Assembly: GCA_000934665.2 (NCBI GenBank)
Contig: KZ538059.1
Span: 62,001 to 126,000 of the forward strand
Direction of reading: 5' to 3'
DNA: 64,000 bases
Origin: Catajapyx aquilonaris
Taxonomy: Eukaryota
Below the pieces are notes generated by a model. It saw only the letters and a program-made list of their open reading frames with translations. It had not been told where the DNA came from and did no database searches. Below, one piece after another: positions 26,901 to 39,057 of the stretch (its first letter is position 1; every line of letters begins with the position of its first letter). Made by a program: the position numbers and the translations under genes.

Positions 26901-29867
26901 GATCATGGTATGTGATATATGCCTAACCTCTTCAATAACAGTACATTTTAAAACTGTGCGTATGTGATCAGTAATAATTGTAACATATTGTCCATCTCAT
27001 CGTACCAAGTCAGTATGTCCTCAAATACACAAGATTGCAAATGAAGTTAACCAGTTTAAAGTGAATTTGTTTTCAAGCGTCCCTTTGGACTACAAACGAG
27101 CAGTTTTGCATGCACCAACGCAGCACATGAAAACAAAATTGCCATTTAGACTCGAGCCCGGCAGTGACAAATGACACCACCTCACACATTGAGCGAAATA
27201 ACCAGTACATAAGTAACGTCGCTTACAGCTTCCGAAAAAAAAAACTCTGCCTAATCCATCCTTACAATCGGCTCGTCCAAATGACCTGTCAACTCCAGGG
27301 GTCAAGCTGCTCCTCTCTCCATTGGGAACCCCTCCCAATCTGCCTTTCTTATGTGTCCTCATGCTCCCTAAGATCCGAGGGACTAGTCCTAAGCCTGTCT
27401 TGCTCCGGAGATACAGCTCCTCCTCACGCTTCCTTCCCACGACGATTGGTTAAGAAAAGTCAGGCTTAATTAGCGTGAAAGCTGGCGCTCGCCGACGCAA
27501 GCAAATTAAGTCCGTGTCTAATTAAAGAGTATCGGAAGAACTGGGGGAAGGAGGGGGACAAGGGGAAAAAGTGGGTGGGTGGAGTTACAGAAGTAGAGCA
27601 GGGGATGAACTAGGATGAATCGCTAATTATTTTTTTGTGCAGTTCTAATCTGAACAGACATTTTCGGAGCGGTTTAAAGCGAATCGGTTCAAGGTGGATG
27701 GTCTGGTAGGGTCAGGATTCGTATCCAGAGAGCAAATTTTTAAAACTAAAAAATGGAAATGTTCCAACGTGTGGAACACACTGAGAAAAAATGTGCATTA
27801 TTAGGCTACTCAAGAATGTTGTCACCTTGGCTTATGGACAAAACATTGGTAATTAAAGTGATGTAGCTTCATTAATATCACATTGTGGGAATACCAGAAA
27901 AATACATTGAGTTCAATTTTGTCGACTTTGAGTATTTTGCACAATTAATAATTGCTGCTATGTCGCTTGGTGAAGTCCATTTAGTCCTAAGGATTCATAA
28001 TGATCTAGAAATCCCAGATTTTCGGCCTTCAATAGCGTGTAAACAAGTGCAAAGTCGAATCTTTTCTTTGGGTCTATCTCGAGACTGGTTTATTGGACTT
28101 AGAGGATTTCTCCTGTATGCCCACAAAAGTTGTAACTAACTAATAAAAATATTTTCCTAGAAAATGCACTACAACTTGTTTAGAAAACGCTGTTGCGAAG
28201 TTTTCTAGAAATATTTGTCAACTGATTCAAAAGATAACCTGCCTGAACACATCCAGTGCAAAGCGACTGTTCACTTGAAACAAAACGTGATTCTTATAAC
28301 GAACCTGATTATTGGATTTATCACGTGAGTTCAGATTTTGTTTACGGGCGTAGTTGAGGAGAAGTATAGGTAATAGCATGTTGCCCTATCGTCAGTCCCT
28401 CAAATCAATATCTTTCCTTGTGCAGTGTTCAAAGTTTTATTGTGTTTCGCCTTATTTTGAAAGGCTGTACAAGGCAAACTATTGATCTGAGCGACTGAAG
28501 GCAGACGACGTGACATGTTCCATTTTCCCTGATCTTTCTATTCCTGTAAAGGATAGACTCTTCTGACTGAATGCCTCGGATTCGAGCAAAGGATTTGTTG
28601 AAAAATAATTTTCGCCATTGTGACAACGCCCAATTTAAGAGCCTTGCAATAGCGCGATATGTCTTCTTGTTGACTGGGCTCGAGAGGGGCCATATCTCAT
28701 TTGAGGATGATGCTCTTATTTTCTCAGGGACGACTATTACGTGACCCGACATAATTTGCCCAAAACTTTCATTATTTCATGTCATCATTTGCTACCTTTT
28801 TCCTGAATAGTGTATTAATAGGAAATGCTAAGGTCATGCTTCACGGCTTGGACCGGAAATGATTTATTTCGATCTAGATATTTCCAAGATATATCCCGAC
28901 ATCGTATCTACCGTTATTTGCCAAGACGTAGGACACGCAGGTGGAGCACCGTACTTCTAATAGTGTTGTGAACGATCGCAACGTTAAATAATTATGCCAC
29001 TGTGTTGTTTGCTTTTCAAGAGCCATGTCAAAGCCAATAACATGGCTAATTCTGTGTGTATTGAGGTATAATGGTCGTTGTTTTGATTGACCTACTGCAT
29101 AGTGGAATGCGCTTGTGTTTGGCAATGTCATTGGATGTTTTAGATTTGCTATACCCATAAGACGCTTAATGTCGGCTGCATTATAATTCTGACAGCCCTT
29201 CCTTGCTTCCCCAGTACAATCACATTCTTAGGGAGAGAAAAATCCCGCAGATGTATTCCGTGCGCAAACCCGCGACTAATGACTTTTGTTCCACACAGCT
29301 GAGAAATCCAGAGAACAAAAGGAGATGAAGATGATTGTGGGTGCAGGTCGCTTCCAGGAGCAGTGGAGCCAATCCCAACCTACGATATTAGCATTCAAAC
29401 TGGGCTCGGCAACCCTGGGAAAACCAGCGTAGGGGTAGGGGTGGGGCTGGAAGGAGGCAGGGGTGGAGTGAGGAGGAATAGAGAGGGAGGGGTTGTGGAA
29501 ATTCCACCTATCTTCCCCTGAACGCCTCATCTACATTGTTAACGAAGACACTCAAGTCGCAGTTGGCAGAACAACCAAGTTTCCTGTTGACATCTGTGGC
29601 TTCCTATGGCTTGTAGGCTCCGGCCCAAGAGCCAGGGAATCAATCAACTCGTGCATGAATAATGGCTACGGTCCCACCCCAATCCTATCCCACCCTTTCC
29701 TTCAAGTATAGTCGCTACATCGCAAATCTTCCTCTCAATTCTCCCCCCGACCTGAAAACACCCCCCATTCTATTTCTACCCCCGGAGAGAATAATCTCAT
29801 TAGGCTCCCAAGTCGAACTAACCTCACTGTACCGCTACAAACTGAATCACGGTTAGATGGAGGAGGA

Positions 29868-29900
29868 GGTGGGTGGGTGGGTGGGTAGGTGGGTGGGTGT
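29868..29900 (+). repeat. (GGGT)n microsatellite, potential G-quadruplex
   Basis: ggtgggtgggtgggtgggtaggtgggtgggtgt. Confidence 0.85.
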
Positions 29901-32900
29901 ATGGGTGTACGGGGGGAAGAGGGGCGAGTCCGCGAAACAAACTTTGCCCAACCGGGAATTGTTGTTACTCATCCGGCTAGGGCCCTGACATTGTTTTAGC
30001 CCAGTTGCAGTCTGTGAGCTTGGGATCCGAGGGCCTCACCGGATCCCGGATTCCCCTGGTTCTAAAATTGCTCAAGACTTGGTTTCCTCCAACTTGGGTC
30101 CGTTCCGACCACACATTTGGAAAATGTGCGGGTGCAGCTGGTCAACTTTTAATTCCCGTTCTATCCCCTGGTCTGTCACTTACAAGAGCATGCTAAACAC
30201 CGCACAAGTCCATCAATTAGTCCTGAATAACGATCCAGTCGTTAGTGGTCGCAGTGCACTGCATTATTATCACCCTGCACAATCCACTTGCCCAGACCAC
30301 CGGCAGAGAACGTAATTAGACAGCCTGGAAGGGGGAGACATTTTCTAATCTAACTAATACCACCCCTGTTCTCCCCAAAAAAATTGCCCCCTTCTACTAA
30401 AAATCCCATGCAGTCAGGTCTCGTCACGTTTCCTTTTGGGGGGAAAAGAAGTATGGGGCATAACAAGGTTTAAGCCAACCAGCCAGCTCACATTACGGCC
30501 ATGGAACCTATTTTCTCGCCAGGTTGGTCCCGCCCGCAATTATGATGATTACCTCGGGCCCTCTTCTCTATTGAACTAATAGTTTTCAACTGCCAAAGAT
30601 AAGGACTGGGACAGGAATCTAACTTGGCGTGACAAAAGTCGACACCCGGGCCAAATTGATTTCCAATTGACACGACATGCAGAGTGTAATAAAACTTTCT
30701 TTAGATTCCTATCCAACATGTTGGAGGAAAGAATGTTAGGGATTGAAGACACTAGGAGTTCATAGCATGTCCGGATCTTTTATGTCACATTCTCTGACAT
30801 CCTAGGTTTATCAGTATGGTGACAACATTATAGCCGGTTACGCTTACAAATAAAGGAGTCTTGAGTTAAATTCGTTCCTATTGCATGCACAGATTGTCAG
30901 CATCAGACACGTGCCTAGAGGTGCACCAAAATTTTGCACCTCGAGGCGCAAGCCAACTCTGTTCGCTCATCTCCGACGAGATGCAGCCCCTCTCTAATAA
31001 AGCTCTCTGTATTCAGCTGCTTTTCCGCAAGAATCACTTTGTATTCTAACAAGTCCGTCGTTTCCGGGACCACATTTCTATCCGCGCCATGCCCGTGACT
31101 ACTGTTTCACCGTGCTGTAGCGTCAGCTCTCATTGCTCAATATCTTTAAACTTTTTAAAGTCCGCCTGCTCTTTTACCTATTACGCTATTTATCTTTCGT
31201 CCCAGATTTCTCTTCGGCCCCGTTAGGCCCTTTCTCATCGACATCAACAAATACTCCTTGAGATAGCAAGTTGTAAGAAGTTGAAAGGAAGGATTCAGTT
31301 TGCACTTTTGTCAGTTTCTGAATGGAGTCGCCACTTGTACATGCTGCATCCAAATACTCCACGTCATATCTCCTGGTTAGTTTTTGTTGGTTTTTGTCAT
31401 CAAACGTGCATTACAAATGGTGGTAAATGTAAGAATGCCGAGTTCCGGGGGTTGACGCCCACAAAAGTGATGCTTGTCAGTAACGATTAGGCTCGTGCCA
31501 GGGGGGTGTTTCTCGAAGTTGAAAGGTCGAAGTGGGGTGTCTCTGACTACGCCCCTGATTGATAGGTAGCCTAATCGTGAAGATGAGAGTCGATTCCTAA
31601 GCTTTAGGAAGCTATTGAGTCCAGTCGATGTAAAAGAGAATAAAAGCGTGTTCACCAACCGGTATCAGTGTTTGTTTCCAAAAGAGTCTGGCGCCTTTCT
31701 CTTGAGACCCAGCTAGCCTTGGAATCTCCCAGCAGAGCAGCAGCCGAAGCCGCCCATACTAACGACATGGAAGGCAGGAAACTACTTCTCATGCGCCATT
31801 GCTTTCATTTCAATAAATAGCCAATTGGCTTGCGTTGTATTCCGGCGGCGAGCGTTTCTCTGGATCGATGCCCCCTAAGGAAGCTGCAGACTTTCTCTTT
31901 TACTACATGTACTACCAGCTCGCAATCCTGTAGTGCCTGCAGTAGTCTTCCCCTATCAAAGTCTCAATTACGTGCATTCACTTCTCCGTCCTTCTAATCA
32001 TGTCAATTGTCAACAAGATGATATTAAAGGGAGGAACTAATTGCACACTGGGACTCGCCAGCTGTAATTGATGCGTTTGTTTGGCGCTTTGATACACTGT
32101 CAGCCTTTCCTTCCAAGGAGCAAGCTCTAAATCGAGCAAAGTTTGTTTCATTTTTTTTTCTCCTTTCCACCTGAATATCAGGCAGACTCCTTATTTCCCA
32201 TATATACCCAAGCTTCGCTCGCATGACCTGATTGATCCATTGTTGCAGACTTGGCCCAAGTTTACAGCCAAGTGGACTTACCTCTCGTCCTTGGAGCCAA
32301 GTTGAAAGTCTCCCTCTAAATGCGTAGCAGGCCAACTTGTAAACTTTTTTTCTTTTTTCGGTGGAAAGGTTTTTCGAGGAAAATCTTTGCAGGCTAGGTG
32401 TTAGGAGCATTCTAGCAATGCTGCGTGGGTGAGAGGGAAGGGGTGGAGTGGAGGGCAAAAAGAAAAGAGGAGAGGGGGATCTAAAGTTTTGTTGTTCTTC
32501 AGTGGCGGAAAGTTAACTTCCTCGTTCTGCTCTACAATTTATGGTTATGGGAGGCACTTTCAGAGTAGTCTAACCTCATTGTATGGCGTTGCAAGCTCTT
32601 CTATAGTGCATTGGAACACACAAGCGCTGAGGCTGAATAAATAACGTGACTCATTGGGGATGTAAAAACCTGTTTCTAAATCACGTAACTACGTACAGTT
32701 TTTCCCTCCGGCTCCCCAAAGCCCCTTTCATTACTGAAACTTTTTTTTTTCCTCTCTCTCTCAAAGGCTCCTATAGACATTTTAAGAAAGTGGCTTGTTT
32801 TCCATGCATGCGTAATGACACTAACTCTTACCATTTACCGTCACTGCATTTCCTCATTTGCATCCAAGCCTAAAATGTCACGCATAATCACTGGATGTAA

Positions 32901-35900
32901 TCGAAATACTGCCAGAAGACCTAAGTTCAATCTAACGGGCGGCCCACCATCATCAGAATAAACCCCTTAAAAAATTTCTGTCAGTGCGTGACATTTATGG
33001 CTATGGGCATGCCATATTCATAAAATTGCACGCAAAAAGAGCTCCACTTCATATCCTTAGTTCCTTCCGGTATAAAGTGGAAACTTATTCCCAGTCAATT
33101 TCACCTCCGTCCTGCGTCAATGCTCTGAAAATATCTTACAAATCGTCCAATTCCGTCCAAATTTATGCCACCGTGGCGTTAATTTTAACTTTACTGCTTC
33201 CAATTCTCCTGCCTTTGGAAAGGAAAGTGGAAGAAGGGAGGAAGGGGGAAAAAAAAGTCTCCAAACTCATATCCCTCACATGACGCACCTCGTTCAAGTC
33301 GACGACATTTCAATTTTGACTCTCCCTCTGAGCTTACGGATGATTCTTATGTCCAGCCGATTCGGGAGTGGACATTCTCAGAAGTCGTTCAAGGTACAGT
33401 AGTGGACAAAATCAGATGTCACCGTTTCCCTTTTTTTGTGTAATGGCGTCAGGGAGAATACACGAGCTGCCATCATTGGGACGTCATTATGCGGTTCTAA
33501 TAATTGAAATTTAGTGGTTACAGAATTTTTTATACTCTATTCATTTAAACGAACCAATGAGTACAGAAGCGACCAAAGACGTTCTGGCAGCGTTCCAAAA
33601 GAAATCTACTCCCTCATTTCCGAGGTGACAAGCCAACAGCAATCATGACACGGTGTTTCCGCCTCAAAACGCCATACACACGTGTAGTATATCTGTCTGA
33701 TAGAGTTCACTCATACGTCAGAAACTCGGTATATGCAGTGTGCTGCATCAGGTGATCCTAGATAATTCCATACCGTTTCATGAAGCAGATATTAATAATT
33801 CATAGTGACGAATACTGGGAATGGAAAACTCAGTGATTTGTACTACTCTCATCTACATGAAAGTGATTACGAATTTATTCCTTGCAATTGGATTAAATGG
33901 ACAATTAAAAATTAGCCTGGGGAGTTCACTATAGACATGACAGTTTAGGGTACTGTACGTTACCTATATCCATTTCAAAAACGTATAGTTACATCAATTT
34001 ATTGGCAATATGCACGAATATTGTTGCATTTAAATATTCGTGTTATAAATCATCTGAAAACCTGATTCAAGAAGGAAGTCATAATAAATATGGAGATTAA
34101 TGAGGAATCAAACAAAACTACGGCTAAATTAATTGTTGCTTCCAATAATGATATCTCATAAACCACGCAACAGAAATTCATCTTGCCAAAGTAGCGTTGC
34201 TGCATGCTCCTGGGCAAGCCATGAGCCAAGCCCCTAGTTCCTACACCAATCGGTTTTGAAGATAGCAGATATCTCATCAACACAATCGCAGCTCGAGGCT
34301 GCTGTCACTAAATGGGTCGAGTCAGTACCTCTGATTCCTTTATCCTGCACCACCATCACCATCACAAGTCTTTCGTCCAGTCCTTCCAATCCACTCCAAA
34401 GAATCTGGCGGGGATCCAATCACATTGCTGACCCAAAACATTCTTCTCCCCTTCCCCCCCCCCCCTACCCTGGTGTCCTACGTGGCAGAATGTCACAAAG
34501 AGAGCTGTTTTTTTTTAAACTAGCCTAGTCCTCATAGCAACATAACGCGTGTACAAAATCAATCCACCATTTAGTATTACTTCTATAAGCTCCTAAAACA
34601 TACAGTAACCACTGTAATTTATCTCGCATATATCCATTTATGCTGTACACACATTCCGATCCACCTTGCTTGACTCAGAACCTTATTGAGAAAAGTAAAG
34701 TCGGAAGAGCTCGTACCCGCCGTGATTTATAGGATATTAGCCAACCTCCTATATCCCCTATCCCCTATTCTCTATCGCTTGATTTATGCCATATTACCTA
34801 CTTAGGCCAAGCACTCCCCCTTCCCCCTCCTGCTTTTTTTTGCGGGAGAGATGGTGTAGCAAGCTGGGCTGAGGTGTGGGTGAGGGGTGGATATATTTTT
34901 TTCACAGTGACAAGATGCTTTCGTTGCATATCTGCACCTAATGCCAGAGAATGGAAGAATAGTGTCGTGGAATCGAGCTCATTCCCTAGCCTGGAGGGAA
35001 TTGCCTCCTTATTAAGGAGCTTCTAGACCCTCCCCTCCTCCTGATACATGGCTCTTTTTTTGGAGGAAGGAATAGGGCTGCTTTCTTCTCTCCCAACCAC
35101 CCCACCCTCTTCTCCTGATAGATTTCTCCTCGTTTCCTTGGCCACGCAGACCATTTCGCTACAGCTGGAGCGATCTGCACAATGAGATCTTACATGTGCA
35201 AACGTTTGCAATCTGTCAGTAGCTTGCGCGGGGTGAAATTCGTGTAAGCGTTTCCCGAGAAATATATGGAGGATTTGGAAAGTGTGTCAAAGCGACGCGA
35301 AAGTATGGGTGTCTAATCTATACGTTTGTAGAAAATTTTTTTGTGTATGAGTGGGAAATCCGGTCCGGATTTGAACTTCCGTGTCACCTGAATAAGGCGG
35401 AGGTTTTGCTGTCAGAAAAGTGCAGATTAGTCCGAGTAAAGTAATTATTAATATCGATGTGACTGGATAAAGTAATTTTCTGCGTGATGTAATGTTGTTA
35501 TAAGCATGAAAACAGGCGGAGGAGGAAAAGTGAACTCTCTTACAAATAGCTGAGATGTCGTGAGCACACAGGAGAAATCCTAAACCCAGTTTAGAGATGA
35601 TCCAAAGCAAATATTTGACGTTGTACTTGCTACATGCTAGTGATGACAGAAAATCCGGACTTGCTGGCTTATTATGAATCTCAGTTACTAAATGGGCTTC
35701 ACCAGGCGATTGAACAGAAATTAACTCAAACCCGCCAAAATTGGACATTGATATGGAATTTAAAATGTCACTGATTGTGACAAACTCAATCCAGATGAAG
35801 CTGGGTGTCATAAGACATTAGAGTGAAAATGTGTCGCAGGTCTTGATTGTAACTGGGAATAATCAAATTTGCAAACCGTATATGTAAATGTAATGAAATT

Positions 35901-36240
35901 TAATTTTGTACAGCAGTTCATAAAAATGTGGATGTTTCCTCAGGCATCTCACGTGTCAGTGAACCCCTCCCTAATCTACAAGGCAGCTATGAAAACCTAA
36001 TTTGATACTTTCTCTAGATCATTAGCATATTCATGAAGTAATGGATTCCGAGTCTTAGAGAACACCACAAGAGGAAAATAGTCTCAGTGTTATGCTTCAC
36101 CTGACATTCTTCCCCGCATGTTCACGGGACTATATTTGTGTAGAAATCTCTAATGTTGCGTGTCTATAATAATAGGCTACTGCATGATGGGCCTGTGGCC
36201 TCTTAGTGGATTCTCGTAATTACGAACTTGATTCATGCTC

Positions 36241-36392
36241 AATGAATCAGTGAATGAATCAAATTTTATTTAGCAGAGATGAAACTAGACACCCCAAGTG
36301 GATTCGTAGAGAACCTATTGAAGTTCTTTCCTCATGCCCGACCCAGGGATCGAACTCGGGACCTCAAATGTGGAAAGATGTGCCAATAGCCA
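36241..36392 (-). mobile_element. Degenerate tRNA-derived SINE
   Basis: The minus strand reads an A-box-like tggctattggc and a B box within a T-arm-like segment (gaggtcccgaGTTCGATCCctgggtcgggca), and ends in aataaaattt plus an (attc)n-like tail. There is no complete cloverleaf. Confidence 0.6.
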
Positions 36393-36813
36393 TATTTTAA
36401 TATTACCTTATTAAACATGCCAATTGAAAACTATACGGGAATGTTGTCATAGCCACATTGAATTTGCATATGTTTCAACAAGGACCACCTTTTTCACAAT
36501 AAATTTCTTCTTGGTTGTAATTCAGTTTCACTTTCAGGCCATAACGTTCCCCCCGGTTCCCCCACCCTGTAATACTATTTCAATGTCTGTTTTCTCCTAG
36601 ACAAATGCTGTGTTTGTGGTTCACACTCGATCAGAATGTCGGGAGCTGGCAGCCCTATCGAGTGGAATGGTTAACTGAGTGTCGCGTATTTCAAACCATC
36701 CATCAATATTCCAACGGGCACCTATTTCAAAAGCAGTTGAACTTGTTTGCCTAGTTACGAAAGGCAGCTGGGAAAGGGGCGACGGGTCAAATGATTTGTA
36801 CCCTTATTTGCAG

Positions 36814-36947
36814 ACCTACCCGACGAAGGACCCAAGATCACCGGAGGACGTCCCCGGTACCAAGTCAACGATATCGTTCGTGTCAACTGCACTTCCGCCA
36901 AATCCGTTCCAGCCGCCAGACTTATGTGGTTCATCAACGGAGAAGCG
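36814..36947 (+). CDS. beat-III: Beat-family Ig protein, coding exon C (start of Ig domain 2)
   Basis: Acceptor cccttatttgcAG at 36812-36813 and donor GTaagg at 36948. Phase 1 in, phase 0 out. Translates (D)LPDEGPKITGGRPRYQVNDIVRVNCTSAKSVPAARLMWFINGEA, matching the Beat Ig2 motif LP..GP.ITG.RPRY..GD.VRVNCT...S.PA..L.W.INGE. The ORF track shows only the last residues of this frame. Confidence 0.95.
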
Positions 36948-37516
36948 GTAAGGACATTGCCTTCAAAGGATACCGTCACGCGAGAAATGTGCGCGTCAAC
37001 AAAGCGGCTTTTAATCATCGCCGCCGCCTCCATTAATGTTTCAAGTGCAATGTGGACACTCCGAACTGGTCGTTTAATCATTTGCAACGTGCCACTCGCG
37101 CCGCACGTAAAGTATGCGCGGAATTTTTGCTTGCACATCCCAGCTGGTCTGGCTTGATTGAGGAATTGTCATTGCCGCATTTTATTCCATGCTATGGAAT
37201 GCATCTGCTTGGATTTTGCATCACTGACAAGCGGACCTAATTCCGGCCTTACTCTCTAAATGTCACGTTCATCAGTAATGCACAGTCTCGTCTATGGCAG
37301 TCATTCCTATACGCTGTTAGTACCAACAAATTGCAGACAAAATTGTGTTGGATACTGAATTGAAAAAAAAAATGCTTGAGGTTTAGAGGCCTACTGTTGT
37401 TGTAGGAAGCGGATGTGACACGTCGTGCTGGGTATGCTGTATATTAAATATTGTGGGTATGAAATATTGCTAGAAAGATGAACATAATTATCACAAATTG
37501 TTCAAGGAATTGGCGT

Positions 37517-37850
37517 TTTAGACTGAGACTTTTTCGAAGAAAAAAGTCATATAGAACGTCTCTGTCTGTCTGTCTGTGGACAGGTATCAGACAGACAGAC
37601 AGACAGAGCCGTGTAATAAAACTTTTTTCGAGCCCCCATGGCTGCCCCCTCCCCCTCCACCCCCTACCCTAGACCGCCCATTCCCCCAGACCAGACAGAC
37701 AGAGACGTGCTATAAGACTTTTTTTTCGATTTTCGGGTTCCGGGTTCACTCAATCCACCCCCTTCCCCCTGGCTACATCCTCCTCCCACTGCCCCCTTCC
37801 CAGATCACTCACCCTTTCCCCCCTCCCAGTCCCGTGACTGACATTGGGGA
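37517..37850 (+). mobile_element. DINE-1/HINE-like (Helentron-associated) non-autonomous element, rearranged
   Basis: A 5' T-run and short hairpin (gacttttt-cgaag-aaaaaagtc) are followed by (TCTG)n. The arm at 37535-37576 has two inverted counterparts (37588-37630 and 37687-37729), each followed by a C-rich tract. The right boundary is approximate. Confidence 0.55.
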
Positions 37851-38819
37851 CAATGGCAGTAAACATGAAAAAGTCTACTCTAATCACGCTCACATGATTT
37901 GCCAATCTTGTTTCTTTGTAGGCAGGTGGAAGCTCACACTTTCTGATGATATCACGTCATAGATTAGATTGATAACTGCTCCGATTTTATTGTTAGGCTC
38001 CCTTAGAGACCACTAAAATGATGTACTGTAAGAACAACCACCATTTAAAATATTTTCAATAAAAATTATCCAAAATATCGTATCAGTACGCCGAGCAAGC
38101 ATACCGTACAATTAGAAAGAAAAATGTCACAATATATTGTACTGGTTTCCGAATGAATCAAGTGCTAAAAATTCACTAGTTTCATATTATCCGGAGGACG
38201 TGAAAATGGAGCGTCATTACGCCATAAAAATCCAGCTGTTATATAGTAAATTGTTTTATGCCAAACTTCCCTTCCGTGTTTCGGGAGCACGTAATTTTTC
38301 ATTACGTAATACCTTAGATTATCTTTCCTAGCTCGGTCAGCAAAGTAGCCTGTTCTAAATTAAGCATTGTAAATAGTATTCTAATTCGGCAAATTTTTGA
38401 AGGCCCATTGCTAAGCACTCCACTGACGACGACTGTTAAACGGTGTCTTTCCGTAATGTAGTCAACTGATCACCTTTAGTATTTCGAAATTAACCTTATT
38501 GTACACTCGCCCTAAAGATATTTCAGCATCGCGACGCCACCCAGCACGATGCACTCGAATGCATTATTAGCCTGTGGCTTAGGAGCCGCACATAAATTAT
38601 CTTTCCTGTTATAGAGGAAGTGCGGCTGGGTAAGGCATGCTCTGTGGTGGGTTAGGATGTTTCGGACGTACGTTACGCAACGCTAGTTCAACTTCGAGCC
38701 AAGCTTATGAATATTTGGCAATGGTAATGAGTGTCCACTATTGCCAAAACAACATAAGAAGTAGCTGAATTTTAGTACAGTAGTGTAATTATATTTTTGG
38801 CTTTATTATTTTTGCACAG

Positions 38820-39057
38820 GCGGACGAAGACTTTCTTCGGCGGTACCCATTGGCACTGGACCCCTCCGGTCTGGAAACGGCCACCTTGGGCCTTGAGTTC
38901 AAAGTGCGCCCCAAGCATTTCAGGGGCGGTGATCTGAAGCTCAAGTGCCTAGCCACCATAGCCACCATCTACTGGAAGAGCAACGAGGAAAGTGTTGAAG
39001 GCGGAGATCGGCACCAGAAAGTTCCAGTGCTGGAGAGCCGAGAGACGGTTCCAGCTG
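38820..39057 (+). CDS. beat-III: Beat-family Ig protein, coding exon D (end of Ig domain 2 plus linker)
   Basis: Acceptor tttattatttttgcacAG at 38818-38819 and donor GTaagc at 39058. Phase 0 in, phase 1 out. Translates ADEDFLRRYPLALDPSGLETATLGLEFKVRPKHFRGGDLKLKCLATIATIYWKSNEESVEGGDRHQKVPVLESRETVPA(G). The SNEESVEG...PVLESRETV tail is what I recall from Beat-III proteins, so the subgroup call is less certain than the family call. A further 3' exon is required but was not identified. Confidence 0.93.

Noticed and set aside
30911..30949. 15-bp stem hairpin gtgcctagaggtgca / tgcacctcgaggcgc
   Set aside because: An isolated short hairpin with two mismatches and no supporting element ends.
36334..36392. 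tRNA gene
   Set aside because: Only the B box and T-arm region is recognisable, with no full cloverleaf. It is treated as a SINE head.
2004..36700. The many 60-170-aa ORFs in the track within Beat introns (for example 18301-18807, 32024-32458, 35287-35811)
   Set aside because: They show no recognisable domains, often start at non-ATG codons and have low-complexity composition, as expected for chance ORFs in intronic DNA.
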